A stretch of 64,000 nt of DNA from Candidatus Multivoradales bacterium (GTDB taxonomy: Bacteria; Acidobacteriota; Thermoanaerobaculia; Multivoradales; JAHEKO01): the NCBI GenBank assembly GCA_965223855.1, contig CBDCXM010000009.1:2848001-2912000 (forward strand), given 5' to 3'. Of this stretch, positions 50,189 through 60,758 are shown piece by piece (within the stretch, counting starts at the first letter, position 1; the number at the start of each line of letters is the position of its first letter). The notes under the pieces are model-generated. The model made no database searches, was not told where the DNA came from, and was given only the letters and a program-made list of their open reading frames with translations. The position numbers and the translations under genes are program-made.

Positions 50189-51160
50189 TCAGAGATCTAC
50201 CTTCGTGCCAAAGCCGCGATCCTCCGCGACCCTCAGTACGGCGCTGCCGGCGGCGAGGTCCTGGACGGCGAGGCCGACGGACTTGAAGAAGGTGAGGCCG
50301 GCGGGGTCGTGGGTGTAGCCGCCCTGTTCCTCCACGTTGCCGAGCTCGGTCCATTCGCTGGGATGGGTGACCCCGGCGGCGATCGCCTGGACGAGATCAC
50401 CCGGTTCCTGGGTGCAAGAGGCGACCGAGTCGACGTAGATGCGGGAACGGGCGACGGTGTCGAGATCGACCTCGCTGGCGTCGGGGGTGAAGCTGCCGAC
50501 GCCGGTGACGTGGGTGCCGGGGGTGAGGTCGATGCCGGCGAAGACCGGTTCGTTCGATGTCGTGGCCGCGGTGACGACCTGGGCGCGTTCGACTGCGGCC
50601 GTGGGGGAGTCCACGGCGACGAGTCGCGCGTCCACCTGGTCGCGATACCGATCGACGAACGCTTCCCGGGTCGCTGGCGTGCGGGCGTAGACCCGGATCT
50701 CTTCGAAGTCGCGCACCGCGTCCATGGCGAGGAGCTGCGTGACCGCCTGATCGCCGGCGCCGAAGAGGGCGCCGACCGAGGCATCGGGAGCGGCGAGGAG
50801 GTCGGTCGCGGCCCCTCCGGCCGCGCCGGTACGCCAGGCGGTGAGGAAGGTGCCGTCCAGAAGGGCGGTCGGGATGCCGGTGGCGAGATCGAGGAGTACG
50901 ACGAGGCCGGGGACGACGGGGAGGTCCCTCGAAGCATTGCCGGGGAAGACGGAGACAATCTTGGCTCCGAGCGCTCTACCCGGGAGATGGCCGGGTTTGA
51001 CGAGCACGGTGCCTTCCTCGCCGACCGGGAAGACCACCCTCTGAGGGATCTCGGCACGGCCGGCGGAGAAGTCGGCGAACGCCTGCTTCATCACCGCGAT
51101 GCAGTCGCGCATCGGCAGCGCCCGCCGGATGTCGTCGGCCGACAACAGGCGCAGCTTCAT
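50189..51160 (-). CDS. Ornithine cyclodeaminase/mu-crystallin family, probable Delta1-pyrroline-2-carboxylate reductase
   Basis: GAKIVSVFPGN, LTAWRTGA, GAGDQA, FKSVGLAVQD. Adjacent to the dehydratase gene. Confidence 0.85.
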   Translation of the reverse strand: MKLRLLSADDIRRALPMRDCIAVMKQAFADFSAGRAEIPQRVVFPVGEEGTVLVKPGHLPGRALGAKIVSVFPGNASRDLPVVPGLVVLLDLATGIPTALLDGTFLTAWRTGAAGGAATDLLAAPDASVGALFGAGDQAVTQLLAMDAVRDFEEIRVYARTPATREAFVDRYRDQVDARLVAVDSPTAAVERAQVVTAATTSNEPVFAGIDLTPGTHVTGVGSFTPDASEVDLDTVARSRIYVDSVASCTQEPGDLVQAIAAGVTHPSEWTELGNVEEQGGYTHDPAGLTFFKSVGLAVQDLAAGSAVLRVAEDRGFGTKVDL

Positions 51161-51170
51161 CGCTCGCCGG

Positions 51171-52211
51171 TCACTTGAGAAAGAAGCCGTGCGGGAAGAG
51201 GTCGTCGTCGGCCAGCAGGAACTCGTGGCGCCCGGTGATCGAGGCGCTGCCGGTGACCCGGGGGACGACGGCGGTGCGGTTGGCGACTTCGAGGGTCTCG
51301 ACGATCTCGACGCCGAAGGCGCTGCCGGTGACGCTCTCGATCTCGATCCTGGTGCCGGGCGCGAGTTCGCCGCGGGCCGCCAGCAGCGCCGCGCGGGCGC
51401 TCACCCCGGTGCCGGTGGGGGAGCGGTCGACCTCGCCGTCGGCGAAGACGCACAGGTGGCGGCTGTGGCGGCTCTCCTCGGCCGGAGACCCGGTGAAGAT
51501 GACGCCGTAGAGGAAGGCCAGCGACCTGTCGGTCGGATGCTCGAGGCTTTCGACGGCGGCGATCTCATGCTTGAGCGATCTTCCGAGAGCCGAAGCCTCG
51601 GCGGCGCTGAGCGAGTCGCAGTCGTGGCCGAGGGCTTCGATCGGCACGAAGGCATAGAAGGCACCGCCGAAGGCGAGGTCGTAGGGCATCGGGCCGCGGT
51701 CGGTGCAGACATCGCGGTCGAGGCCGACGGCCCAGGAGGGGACGTTGTCGAACGACGCCTCGGGAACGGTGCCACCCTCGAGGGCCGCGGTCGCGGTCAC
51801 CGGACCCGCCGGGGTGTCGATGCGCATCGTGCCGGGCGTCAGCGCTCCGGTCTCGACCAGCGCCGTCGTCAGCGCGAGGATGCCGTGGCCGCACATGGTG
51901 CTGAAGCCCTCGTTGTGGAGGAACAGCACCCCGAGGTCGGCGCCCTCGGTCACCGGTTCGGTGAGGATGCCGCCGTACATGTCGGCATGGCCGCGCGGCT
52001 CATGCATCAGCAGGCGCCGCAGCCCGTCGGCGTGCCGCGCGGCCCACAGCCGCTTGGCGACCATGGTGTCGCCCGGGATCGGCGGCGCATCGAGCAGGAT
52101 GCGGAACGGCTCTCCCCCGGTGTGGAGGTCGAGGGTGCGGAAGCGCCGCTGGCGACGGCCGGGCTCCCAGGCTCCGAGCGCCTGGAGGAGCGCCTCGGGT
52201 TGGAGGGTCAT
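51171..52211 (-). CDS. Proline racemase family, probable trans-3-hydroxy-L-proline dehydratase
   Basis: HTGGEP, EPRGHADMYG, MCGH and DRSPTGTG. The Cys/Thr dyad is dehydratase-type rather than Cys/Cys. Confidence 0.85.
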   Translation of the reverse strand: MTLQPEALLQALGAWEPGRRQRRFRTLDLHTGGEPFRILLDAPPIPGDTMVAKRLWAARHADGLRRLLMHEPRGHADMYGGILTEPVTEGADLGVLFLHNEGFSTMCGHGILALTTALVETGALTPGTMRIDTPAGPVTATAALEGGTVPEASFDNVPSWAVGLDRDVCTDRGPMPYDLAFGGAFYAFVPIEALGHDCDSLSAAEASALGRSLKHEIAAVESLEHPTDRSLAFLYGVIFTGSPAEESRHSRHLCVFADGEVDRSPTGTGVSARAALLAARGELAPGTRIEIESVTGSAFGVEIVETLEVANRTAVVPRVTGSASITGRHEFLLADDDLFPHGFFLK

Positions 52212-52265
52212 TGGGGTAACGATACCCCGTCCCGCGGCTGGGATGGCGGCCTGTGCGCTTCGTGG

Positions 52266-55200
52266 CTAGGCGGTGGCCAGCTCGGGCTCGCGCTCGCGCG
52301 GCTGCACGTCGTCGAGCTCGACGGCGACGAGCTTCGAGACGCCGCGCTCCTGCATGGTGACGCCGTAGAGCATCGACGCTGCCTCCATGGTGATCTTGTT
52401 GTGGGTGATCACCACGAACTGGGTCTCGGCGGCCATCTTCTGCACCAGCTGGACGAAGCGCACGGTGTTGACGTCGTCGAGCGGTGCGTCGACCTCGTCG
52501 AGGATGCAGAAGGGGGAGGGTTTGGTGCGGAAGAGGCCGAAGAGGAGCGCGATCGCGGTGAGCGCCTTCTCGCCGCCGGAGAGCAGCATCAGGTTCTGGA
52601 GCCGCTTGCCGGGCGGGCGCGCCATGATCTCGATGCCGCTGTCGAGCGGGTCGTCTTCGTCGAGCAGCCGCATCGACGCCTGGCCGCCGCGGAAGAGCTC
52701 CTGGAAGGTCTTCGCGAAGGTCTCGTTGACCTCCTCGAAGGTGGCGAGGAAGCGCTCGCTCGACTCGCGGTTGAGCTCGGCGATCGTCGCCTTGAGCTTG
52801 ACCACCGAGTCGGCGACATCGGCGCGCTGGGTGGTGAGGAACTCGTGGCGCTCGACCTGCTCCTCGTGCTCCTCGGCGGCCAGCAGGTTGACCGGACCGA
52901 GCCGCTCGAGAAGAGCCTCGCAGCGCTCGAAGTCGGTTTCGATCTCCGGCAGGTTGTCGGGTGCGGGCTCTGGAGTCTCCGGCAGGCTCTCGTCGAACTC
53001 GCGACGGAACTCGGCGTCGAGGTGCTCGCCGTCCTGGCTGTGGGTGGCGCGCTCGACCCTGAGGTCGGCGAGCTGCTCGCGCAGATCGTCGCGCTCGAGA
53101 CGCAGCTGGCCGAGGCGGGCTTCGAGCTCGCGCAGCTGTCGCCGGAGCGTTTCGAGGCGATCCTGCGCGGCGAGCAGCTTCTCCTGTGAGCCGGCACGCC
53201 CCTCGAGGGAGCTCTGGAGCTCGGTCTCGGCGCTCTCGATGGCGGCGCCGATCTCGCGGCCTCGTGCTTCCAAGGTCTCACGCTCGCTGCCCCAGGTCTC
53301 GACCGCATGCGCCAGGTCGGCGAGCTGGGCGGTGAGGCGGGCGATCTCGCTCTGGTGCGACTCGAGCCGCTGGGCGATCAGCTGGTGGCGGCCACGCCGG
53401 CTCGCCCCCTCGGTGGTCGTCTCTTCGCGCCGCTGGCGTGCCTCGCTCGCCTCCAGCTGGCGGCGGTCGAAGGTCTGCTCGAGTTCGGTGTGGCGGGTCT
53501 CGGCCATCCCGAACTCGGTCTCGAGCTGGCTGCGGCGCTCGGCGATCAATGCCAGCTCGCGGCGGGTCTCCTCGGCCTCGGTCTCGAGGTTCTCGAGCTC
53601 GACGCCGTAGCGCCGCAGTTGCAGCTCGAGGTCGTCGCGCCGCGCCTCGGCGACCGCGATCTCGCGCCCGAGCTCGGCGAGGCGCTCTTCGCGGGGGGCG
53701 ATCTTCTCGGTGAGCTCACGGGAACGTTCGGCGTTGTGGTCGAGCCGCGAAGCGGTCTCGGCGAGCCGTTCGCCGAACGGTGGGATGGTGGCGTCGAGGT
53801 GAGTGAGTTCCTCCTCGGCCGCCAGCAGGCCGGGGCGGCCGCTCCCCTCGGCGATCCGCAGCGTTCCCGCCTGCGCCCAGACGCCGTCCTGGCTGAGGAA
53901 CACCGCGCCCGGATGTTCGCGCGCCAGCCGCTCGGCGTCCGCCGAGCTGGCGGCGAGGTAGGCGGGCGGCAGGGCGGCCGCCAGCTCGCGGCCGAGGCCG
54001 AGCGCCTCGCCGGCGGTCGACAGCACGGCGGGGTCGTCGATCGTCGCTACCTGGTCGTCGCGGCCGCGGATGAGATAGCCGCCCGCCCCTTCGTCCTCGA
54101 GGAAGCGGGCAATGCGCAAGCCGTCTTCGTCGCTCGGCAGCACGGCGGCGTCAGTGAGCTCACCGAGGTAGAGATCGAGACTCTCCGCCCAGCCTTCGGG
54201 CACGGTGAGCTTCTCGGCGAGGAGCGTCACCTGCGGCATGCCTGCCGCCTCGAGGGCGTGGGTGAGCCCCTGTAACCGCTCGCGGCGCGCCGTGGCGAGC
54301 TTGGCGATCAGCTCGCGGCGACCTTCGAGCGTCACCAGCTCGTCCTTGAGGGCGACGCGCTCCTTCTCGAGGCGGCGCGACTGCCGGTCGAGCTCCTCGG
54401 CCTCGGTGCGCAGGCGCTCGAGCTCCGCCTCCTGCTCCGCGCTCTGCTCCCGGAGGGTGGCGAGCTGGCGGCTGGTGGAGTCGCGCGCCTCGGTGTCGCC
54501 GGCGCTTCGTTGCTCGGTCTCCTTGCGGGCAGAGGCGAGGTGCGACAGCTTGAGCTCGCCCTTCTCGCTCTCGACCTGCTCGCGGTGGAGGCGGTTGCGC
54601 AGGTCGTTGACGGTGTTGACCGACGTCAGGAGCGCCGCCCGGGTCGATTCGCGCCGTCCCTCCGCTTCGCTCACGAGGCGGGCGATGTCGGAGATGCGGC
54701 CTTCGTCGTCGGAGAGCGCCTCGGAAGCGACGCCGAGCTCCGCCTCGAGCTCCTGCTCGAGGCGCCGGGCGGCTTCGAGCTCGCGGTCGAGCTCGGTGCT
54801 GCGGCCGGCGCGGCGCTCGGCCTCGCGCTTGCCGGCGGCGAGACGCTCCTTGACCTCCACCGCTCTCTGGCGCGCCCCCTTGAGGAACTCCTGCTTGCCC
54901 TCGATGCGGGCGGCGATCTCGGTGTCGGAGCGGTGCTGCTCGGCGAGTTCGCGGGTGAACGACTCCTCCTGCTCGCGCCCCTCGGCCAGCTCGGCTTCTA
55001 GGCGGTGGAGCTCGGCGGTGACTTCGGCTTCGCGGTCGATCCGGCGGTCGATCTCGGCTCGCAGCTTCGCCAGTGCGGCGTGGACCCGCGACCAGCGGCC
55101 CAGCAACACCCCGCGCAACAGCTCGGCGCGCTGGCTCTGGGCGTCACGGTAGCGCTTGGCCGCGTTGGCCTGGCGCTTGAGCGAGCGCATCGCCCGCTGG

Positions 55201-55796
55201 ACCTCGGAGAGCACGTCGTCGAGCCGGGAGAGGTTGGCGCGCGCCTCCTCGAGCTTGACCTCGGCGATGCGGCGGCGGTCCTTGTAGCGGGTGATCCCGG
55301 CCGCCTCTTCGAGCAGCTTGCGCCGCTCCTGCGGCTTGCTCGACAGGATCATGCCGATCTGGCCCTGCTCGATCATCGAGTAGCCGCGCAGGCCGAGGCC
55401 GGTGTCCATCACCAGGCTCCGGACGTCCTTGAGGCGCACCGTCTTGTCGTTGAGGGTGTACTTGCTCTCGCCGGTGCGGAACACCCGGCGGCCGATCGAG
55501 AGTTTGCCGTCCTCGGAGGCGGGCAGCGTCGGGTCGGTGTCGAGCTCGAGCGTCACCTCGGCCATGCCGAGCGGCTTGCGGCCCTCGGAGCCGGCGAAGA
55601 TGACGTCCTCCATCGTGCCGCCGCGCAGGCTCTTGGCGCTGCGCTCGCCGAGGCTCCAGATCACGGCGTCGGCGATGTTCGACTTGCCGCAGCCGTTGGG
55701 GCCGACGATGGCGGTGAGACCTCCGGCGAAGTCGACCGTCGTCGGGTCGACGAACGACTTGAAACCGGAGAGGTGGAGGCGACGGATCTTCATCAT
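52266..55796 (-). CDS. smc: Chromosome segregation protein SMC
   Basis: GFKSF, GPNGCGKSN, long coiled coils with hinge, LSGGE, ILDEVDAPLD. Start 55796 or 55793. Confidence 0.96.
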   Translation of the reverse strand: MMKIRRLHLSGFKSFVDPTTVDFAGGLTAIVGPNGCGKSNIADAVIWSLGERSAKSLRGGTMEDVIFAGSEGRKPLGMAEVTLELDTDPTLPASEDGKLSIGRRVFRTGESKYTLNDKTVRLKDVRSLVMDTGLGLRGYSMIEQGQIGMILSSKPQERRKLLEEAAGITRYKDRRRIAEVKLEEARANLSRLDDVLSEVQRAMRSLKRQANAAKRYRDAQSQRAELLRGVLLGRWSRVHAALAKLRAEIDRRIDREAEVTAELHRLEAELAEGREQEESFTRELAEQHRSDTEIAARIEGKQEFLKGARQRAVEVKERLAAGKREAERRAGRSTELDRELEAARRLEQELEAELGVASEALSDDEGRISDIARLVSEAEGRRESTRAALLTSVNTVNDLRNRLHREQVESEKGELKLSHLASARKETEQRSAGDTEARDSTSRQLATLREQSAEQEAELERLRTEAEELDRQSRRLEKERVALKDELVTLEGRRELIAKLATARRERLQGLTHALEAAGMPQVTLLAEKLTVPEGWAESLDLYLGELTDAAVLPSDEDGLRIARFLEDEGAGGYLIRGRDDQVATIDDPAVLSTAGEALGLGRELAAALPPAYLAASSADAERLAREHPGAVFLSQDGVWAQAGTLRIAEGSGRPGLLAAEEELTHLDATIPPFGERLAETASRLDHNAERSRELTEKIAPREERLAELGREIAVAEARRDDLELQLRRYGVELENLETEAEETRRELALIAERRSQLETEFGMAETRHTELEQTFDRRQLEASEARQRREETTTEGASRRGRHQLIAQRLESHQSEIARLTAQLADLAHAVETWGSERETLEARGREIGAAIESAETELQSSLEGRAGSQEKLLAAQDRLETLRRQLRELEARLGQLRLERDDLREQLADLRVERATHSQDGEHLDAEFRREFDESLPETPEPAPDNLPEIETDFERCEALLERLGPVNLLAAEEHEEQVERHEFLTTQRADVADSVVKLKATIAELNRESSERFLATFEEVNETFAKTFQELFRGGQASMRLLDEDDPLDSGIEIMARPPGKRLQNLMLLSGGEKALTAIALLFGLFRTKPSPFCILDEVDAPLDDVNTVRFVQLVQKMAAETQFVVITHNKITMEAASMLYGVTMQERGVSKLVAVELDDVQPREREPELATA

Positions 55797-55809
55797 GCCG
55801 GCGCGGAGA

Positions 55810-55856
55810 ATAGCAAATCTTGGGGTGTTGCCAAGATAGGGCACAAGATGTTGTAG
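55810..55856. promoter_or_regulatory. Tandem NrdR-box-like sites upstream of smc
   Basis: GCACAAGATGTTGTAG (55841-55856) fits acaCwAtATaTwGtgt. A weaker copy lies 31 bp away (55810-55825). Confidence 0.55.
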
Positions 55857-55913
55857 CGCAAGGGGTTAGAGGGGGCGCTCCGTGAAGCTCCGGGCGCTTG
55901 CCGTGTGAGGCCG

Positions 55914-55942
55914 TTGACAGCCCCTGCCGGCCCCCTTAGGAT
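55914..55942 (+). promoter_or_regulatory. Sigma70-type promoter for the pyr operon
   Basis: TTGACA, 17 nt spacer, TAGGAT. Confidence 0.75.
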
Positions 55943-55969
55943 GCCGCGACTTCTGGAGCCAACCTTCCC

Positions 55970-56530
55970 GTGAACCGGCGCACGATTCTCGACGCGGACC
56001 AGATGCGTCGCGTCATTCGTCGGATGGCGGACGAGATCGCCGAAAAGGGCGCCGGAGCGAACCTGCTGCTCGTCGGCATCCGCACCCGCGGCGTGCCGCT
56101 GGCCGAACACCTCCAGCGCCACATCCTCGAGTCCGAGGGGATCGAGCTGCCGATGGGGGTGCTCGACATCAACCTCTATCGCGACGACCTGTCGACGGTG
56201 GCGCACTACCCGGTGGTGCGCGAGTCGCGCCTGCCGGGGCCGATCGACGACCTGACGGTGGTGCTGTGCGACGACGTGCTCTTCACCGGGCGCACCATCC
56301 GGGCGGCGCTCGACGCGCTGGTCGACTACGGCCGCCCGCACTCGGTGCGGCTGGTGGTGCTCGTCGACCGCGGCCACCGTGAGCTGCCGATCCAGGCCGA
56401 CATCGTCGGGCAGGTGGTGCCGACGGAGCACGACGAGCAGGTCGAGGTGCGCTTCGAGGAGACCGACGGCGATCTGGGGGTCGAGCTGGTGAGCGCTGGA
56501 GGTTCCGGGGAAGGCTCGGAGGAGGAGTGA
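55970..56530 (+). CDS. pyrR: Bifunctional pyr regulator / uracil phosphoribosyltransferase
   Basis: [46 protein letters not shown]. Confidence 0.96.
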   Translation: MNRRTILDADQMRRVIRRMADEIAEKGAGANLLLVGIRTRGVPLAEHLQRHILESEGIELPMGVLDINLYRDDLSTVAHYPVVRESRLPGPIDDLTVVLCDDVLFTGRTIRAALDALVDYGRPHSVRLVVLVDRGHRELPIQADIVGQVVPTEHDEQVEVRFEETDGDLGVELVSAGGSGEGSEEE

Positions 56531-56537
56531 CCGCGGG

Positions 56538-57482
56538 GTGACGGACGAGTTCCACTGGCAGCGCAAAGATCTTCTCGGCATCGCGGAGCTGTCGGCCGAG
56601 GAGATCACTGCCATTCTCGACACCGCCGAGTCGTTCCACGAGGTGTCGACGCGGCCGATCAAGAAAGTGCCGACCCTGCGGGGTCGTACGGTCGTCAACC
56701 TGTTCTTCGAGCCTTCGACCCGCACCCGCTCGAGCTTCGAGATCGCGCAGAAGCGGCTGTCGGCCGACGGGCTCAACTTTTCGGCCAAGACGTCGGCGCT
56801 GACCAAGGGGGAGTCGCTGGTCGACACGGCGCTCAACCTCGAGGCGATGCAGCCCGACCTGATCGTGATCCGGCACGCCTACCCGGGGGCACCGCAGATG
56901 CTGGCGCGGCGGCTCGATTCGGGGGTGATCAATGCCGGCGACGGCGCCCACGAGCACCCGACGCAGGCGCTGCTCGACGCCTACACGATCCGCGAGCGCA
57001 AGGGGCGGCTTGACGGGCTGAAGGTGGCGATCGTCGGCGACATCGAGCACAGCCGGGTGGTGCGCTCGAACATCCACCTGCTGACGAAGATGGGCTCCGA
57101 GGTTACGGTCGCCGGGCCGCGGACGATGATGCCGGTCGAGATCGACAAGCTCGGGGTGACGGTCTCCTACGACCTCGAGGAGGCGATCGCCGACGCCGAC
57201 GTGATCATGATGCTGCGCATCCAGCTCGAGCGGCAGTCGAAGCTGCTGTTCCCGTCGACGCGCGAATACTTCCGCCTCTTCGGCCTCACCCGTGACCGCT
57301 TGCGTGCGGCGAAGGACGACGTGATCGTGATGCACCCCGGGCCGATGAACCGCGGCGTCGAGATCGCCAGCGACGTCGCCGACGGCCCCGGGTCGGTGAT
57401 CCTCGAGCAGGTCTCGAACGGTGTGTCGGTGCGGATGGCGGTGCTCTACCTGCTGGCCGGTGCGCGCAAGGAGGCGGCATGA
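56538..57482 (+). CDS. pyrB: Aspartate carbamoyltransferase catalytic subunit
   Basis: [40 protein letters not shown]. Confidence 0.97.
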   Translation: MTDEFHWQRKDLLGIAELSAEEITAILDTAESFHEVSTRPIKKVPTLRGRTVVNLFFEPSTRTRSSFEIAQKRLSADGLNFSAKTSALTKGESLVDTALNLEAMQPDLIVIRHAYPGAPQMLARRLDSGVINAGDGAHEHPTQALLDAYTIRERKGRLDGLKVAIVGDIEHSRVVRSNIHLLTKMGSEVTVAGPRTMMPVEIDKLGVTVSYDLEEAIADADVIMMLRIQLERQSKLLFPSTREYFRLFGLTRDRLRAAKDDVIVMHPGPMNRGVEIASDVADGPGSVILEQVSNGVSVRMAVLYLLAGARKEAA

Positions 57483-58753
57483 GCCTGCTCCTGCGCGGCG
57501 GCCGCGTCGTCGATCCGACGCAGGATCTCGACGCCGTGTGCGATGTGCGCCTCGAAGGCGGCACGGTCGCGGAGGTCGGCGCCGACCTCGCGAAGGGCGA
57601 CTCGCGCGAGCGGGACGTCTCCGGTCTGGTCGTGACCCCGGGGTGGATCGACATGCACATTCACCTGCGCGAGCCGGGGCAGGAGTACAAGGAGACCGTC
57701 GCCACCGGCACGCGCGCTGCCGCCGCCGGCGGCTTCACCGCGGTGGCCTGCATGGGCAACACCGAGCCGGTGAACGACAACCGCTCGGTGACCGAGCTGA
57801 TCCTCAAGGAGGCGGCCAAGGCGGGACTGGCGCGGGTCTATCCGATCGGCGCGGTCAGCAAGGGGCAGCGCGGCAAGGAGCTCGCCGAGGTCGCCGAGAT
57901 GGTCGATGCCGGCGTCGTGGCGATCTCCGACGACGGCCATCCGGTCGCCAACCCGGCGCTGATGCGCAGGGCGCTCGAGTACGCCCAGCACTTCGACATT
58001 CCGGTGATCCAGCACGCGCAGGACATGGAGCTCACCGCCGGAGGCGTGATGCACGAGGGGGAGTGGTCGACACGCCTCGGGCTGCCGGGTTGGCCCGGGG
58101 CGGCGGAGGACATCGTCGTGGCGCGCGACGTGATCCTCGCCGAGGACAGTGGCGGGCGCTACCACGTGGCGCACCTGTCGACGGCTCGGGCGCTCGATCT
58201 GGTGCGTCAGGCGAAGGCGCGGGGTCTGAGGGTGACCTGCGAGGTGACGCCTCACCATCTGCTGCTGACCGATCGGACGGTGGCGGAGAGCGCGTTCTCC
58301 CCCGACGCCAAGATGAACCCGCCGCTGCGCGCCGAGAGCGACCGCCAGGCGCTGCTGGCGGGGCTCGTCGACGGCACGGTGGACGCGATCGCCAGCGACC
58401 ACGCGCCGCACCACCCGGACGAGAAGGACGTCGAGTTCTCGCTGGCGCCGTTCGGCATCGTCGGCCTGGAGACGAATCTGGCGCTGTGCCACGACCGGCT
58501 GGTGCTCTCCGGGCACATGACGCTGACTCGCCTCGTCGAGCTGTTCTCGACCGGGCCGGCGCGGGTGCTCGGAGTGCCGGGCGGCTCGCTCGCTCCCGGC
58601 GCGCCCGCCGACGTGACGCTCTTCGACCCGGAAGCGGAGCTGACCGTCGAGGCGCGGAGCTTCCACAGCAGGTCGCGCAACACGCCGTTCGAGGGCTGGA
58701 CGCTCAAGGGCCGGGCGGTCGGCACGATCGTCGGCGGCCGCGAGATCGAGTAG
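57479..58753 (+). CDS. pyrC: Dihydroorotase
   Basis: [35 protein letters not shown]. Confidence 0.95.
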   Translation: MSLLLRGGRVVDPTQDLDAVCDVRLEGGTVAEVGADLAKGDSRERDVSGLVVTPGWIDMHIHLREPGQEYKETVATGTRAAAAGGFTAVACMGNTEPVNDNRSVTELILKEAAKAGLARVYPIGAVSKGQRGKELAEVAEMVDAGVVAISDDGHPVANPALMRRALEYAQHFDIPVIQHAQDMELTAGGVMHEGEWSTRLGLPGWPGAAEDIVVARDVILAEDSGGRYHVAHLSTARALDLVRQAKARGLRVTCEVTPHHLLLTDRTVAESAFSPDAKMNPPLRAESDRQALLAGLVDGTVDAIASDHAPHHPDEKDVEFSLAPFGIVGLETNLALCHDRLVLSGHMTLTRLVELFSTGPARVLGVPGGSLAPGAPADVTLFDPEAELTVEARSFHSRSRNTPFEGWTLKGRAVGTIVGGREIE

Positions 58754-58763
58754 CGGTACCGCG

Positions 58764-59636
58764 ATGGCTCGCCTGCCGCTGGCGGAGATCGCTGTCGAGG
58801 CCGCGCGGGCCGGGGCGGCGGAGCTGGTGCCACGGTTCCGGCGTCCCGACCTCGAGGTGGCCGAGAAGGCACCGAACGACCTGGTGTCCGAGGCCGACCG
58901 GGCGAGCGAGGCGGCGGTGCTCGGGGTGCTGGGGGAGCGCGCGAGCGGACACGGCGTGCTGGCGGAGGAGGGCGGGATTCAGGCTCTCGGCGGCGGCACG
59001 ACGGGCGACCAGGACAGCCCGCTGTGGATCGTCGATCCTCTCGACGGCACCACCAACTTCGTGCGCGGACTGCCGATCTGGGGGGTTTCGGTCGCCTGTT
59101 GGCAGGAGGGCGCGGTGGTGGCGGGTGCCATCTTCGAGCCGCTGGCGGAGCGGATGTACGTGGCCCAGCGAGGGGAAGGGGCGTTCTGCAACGGCGAGCG
59201 GCTGCGGGTGAGCGGTCGCGAAGGGCTCGACGGTGCGTTTCTCGCCACCGGCTACCCGTTCAAGGCGCGCAAGGCGCTCGATGCCTATCTCGAGATCTTC
59301 CGCGCCCTGTTCAGCAGGGCCAAGGCGATCCGCCGCTGCGGCGCCGCGGTGCTCGACCTGGCGTACACCGCGGCCGGGAGCTTCGATGGCTTTTTCGAGT
59401 TCCGGCTGTCGCCCTGGGACCTGGCGGCGGGCACCCTGCTGATCGAGGAGGCGGGGGGTGTGGTGTCGGATCTCGACGGGGCGGGGAGGTACCTGCGCAG
59501 CGGCAATCTGCTGGCCGGAAGCCCGGCCGTGCACGCCGCGATGCGCGCCGAACTAGAAGGGCTCGTTTCCGAGGCACAGCTCGACGAGCTGGCCCCCGAC
59601 GAGGCTCTCAAGTCCTTGGACGTGCTAGGCTTGTGA
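58764..59636 (+). CDS. suhB: Inositol monophosphatase family
   Basis: LVSEAD, EEG, WIVDPLDGTTNF, PWDLAAG. Confidence 0.9.
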   Translation: MARLPLAEIAVEAARAGAAELVPRFRRPDLEVAEKAPNDLVSEADRASEAAVLGVLGERASGHGVLAEEGGIQALGGGTTGDQDSPLWIVDPLDGTTNFVRGLPIWGVSVACWQEGAVVAGAIFEPLAERMYVAQRGEGAFCNGERLRVSGREGLDGAFLATGYPFKARKALDAYLEIFRALFSRAKAIRRCGAAVLDLAYTAAGSFDGFFEFRLSPWDLAAGTLLIEEAGGVVSDLDGAGRYLRSGNLLAGSPAVHAAMRAELEGLVSEAQLDELAPDEALKSLDVLGL

Positions 59637-59642
59637 GCCAAG

Positions 59643-60707
59643 ATGCGGTCAGCTGCGCAATCGCCCTCCGAGGGCACCGTTCTGGAAATCCAGATCCATC
59701 CGAGCGACATTCGTCGCCGGGTCTGGTATTTCTTTCTCACCCGTCGACAGATCAACTGGTCGGTCGCCGGTGGGGTCGCGCTGGCCGCGTTCCTGGTGCT
59801 CAACGTCGTGCTCGCGCCGCGGGTCGTCGGTGATCTGCTGAGCCGCCACAAGTACGGCTCCCTGGTCGGCGAGCGCACCCTTCACGGCGAGAGGCTGCAG
59901 GAGCTGACCGAGCAGATGGCGTCTCTCGGGCGCGAGACCGAGGCGTTGCACCTCAAGATGAACCGCATCTACCTCACCTACGGGCTCGACAGCGATCGCA
60001 GCTCGGCCGGTGAGGGGTATCCGTTCCCGCCGCGCGACGTGCCCGACTCGATCTACTCGGGCGCGATTCGAAGAGGCAACCTCCTGGAGGCCCGGATCGC
60101 CGAACAGATGCGGGTGCTCGGCACTTTCGTCGAGGAGGTCGAGAGCTTCGAGGCGGCACATGGGGATCAGGTGGAGACGACACCGTCGACGAGCCCGCTC
60201 CATCGCAGCGAGTTCGTGCTGACGAGCCCGTTCGGCAACCGCCGGAGCCCGTTCACCAAGGAGCTCGATTTCCACCCCGGCCTCGACATGGCGGCCTCCA
60301 CAGGCACCGAGGTCTTCGCGCCCGCCGACGGCGTGGTGGTGTTCGCCGGGCGTTATCCGCTGAAACAGAGCGTCTCCTGGTGGCGCTACGGCAACCTGGT
60401 GGCGATGCGCCACGGAGACCGTTTCATCACCCTCTTCGGCCATCTCGACGAGACGACCGTGCAGAGCGGTCAGCAGGTGTCGCAGGGCGAGGTGATCGGC
60501 ACGGTCGGCAACACCGGCTGGAGCACCAATCCGCACCTTCACTACGAGGTCCGGCGGGCCAACGAAGAGGGCGAGTTCGAGCCCGTCGATCCACGCATCT
60601 ACATCCTGGACCATCGCTGGCGTGACGAGGAGCAGTTGCTCGTGCGTGCGCGGATGGCTCCCGACTTCCGAGACTACGAACCGCTGCCGCGCCTGATCGG
60701 CCGGTAG
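59643..60707 (+). CDS. Membrane-anchored M23 family peptidase
   Basis: TM plus coiled coil, HPGLD, YGN, HLD, STNPHLHYEV. Confidence 0.92.
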   Translation: MRSAAQSPSEGTVLEIQIHPSDIRRRVWYFFLTRRQINWSVAGGVALAAFLVLNVVLAPRVVGDLLSRHKYGSLVGERTLHGERLQELTEQMASLGRETEALHLKMNRIYLTYGLDSDRSSAGEGYPFPPRDVPDSIYSGAIRRGNLLEARIAEQMRVLGTFVEEVESFEAAHGDQVETTPSTSPLHRSEFVLTSPFGNRRSPFTKELDFHPGLDMAASTGTEVFAPADGVVVFAGRYPLKQSVSWWRYGNLVAMRHGDRFITLFGHLDETTVQSGQQVSQGEVIGTVGNTGWSTNPHLHYEVRRANEEGEFEPVDPRIYILDHRWRDEEQLLVRARMAPDFRDYEPLPRLIGR

Positions 60708-60758
60708 AGCACCCAAGGTCCGCCCGCGCAGCGAGGAGAGGCGGAGGGAGAGACGACT

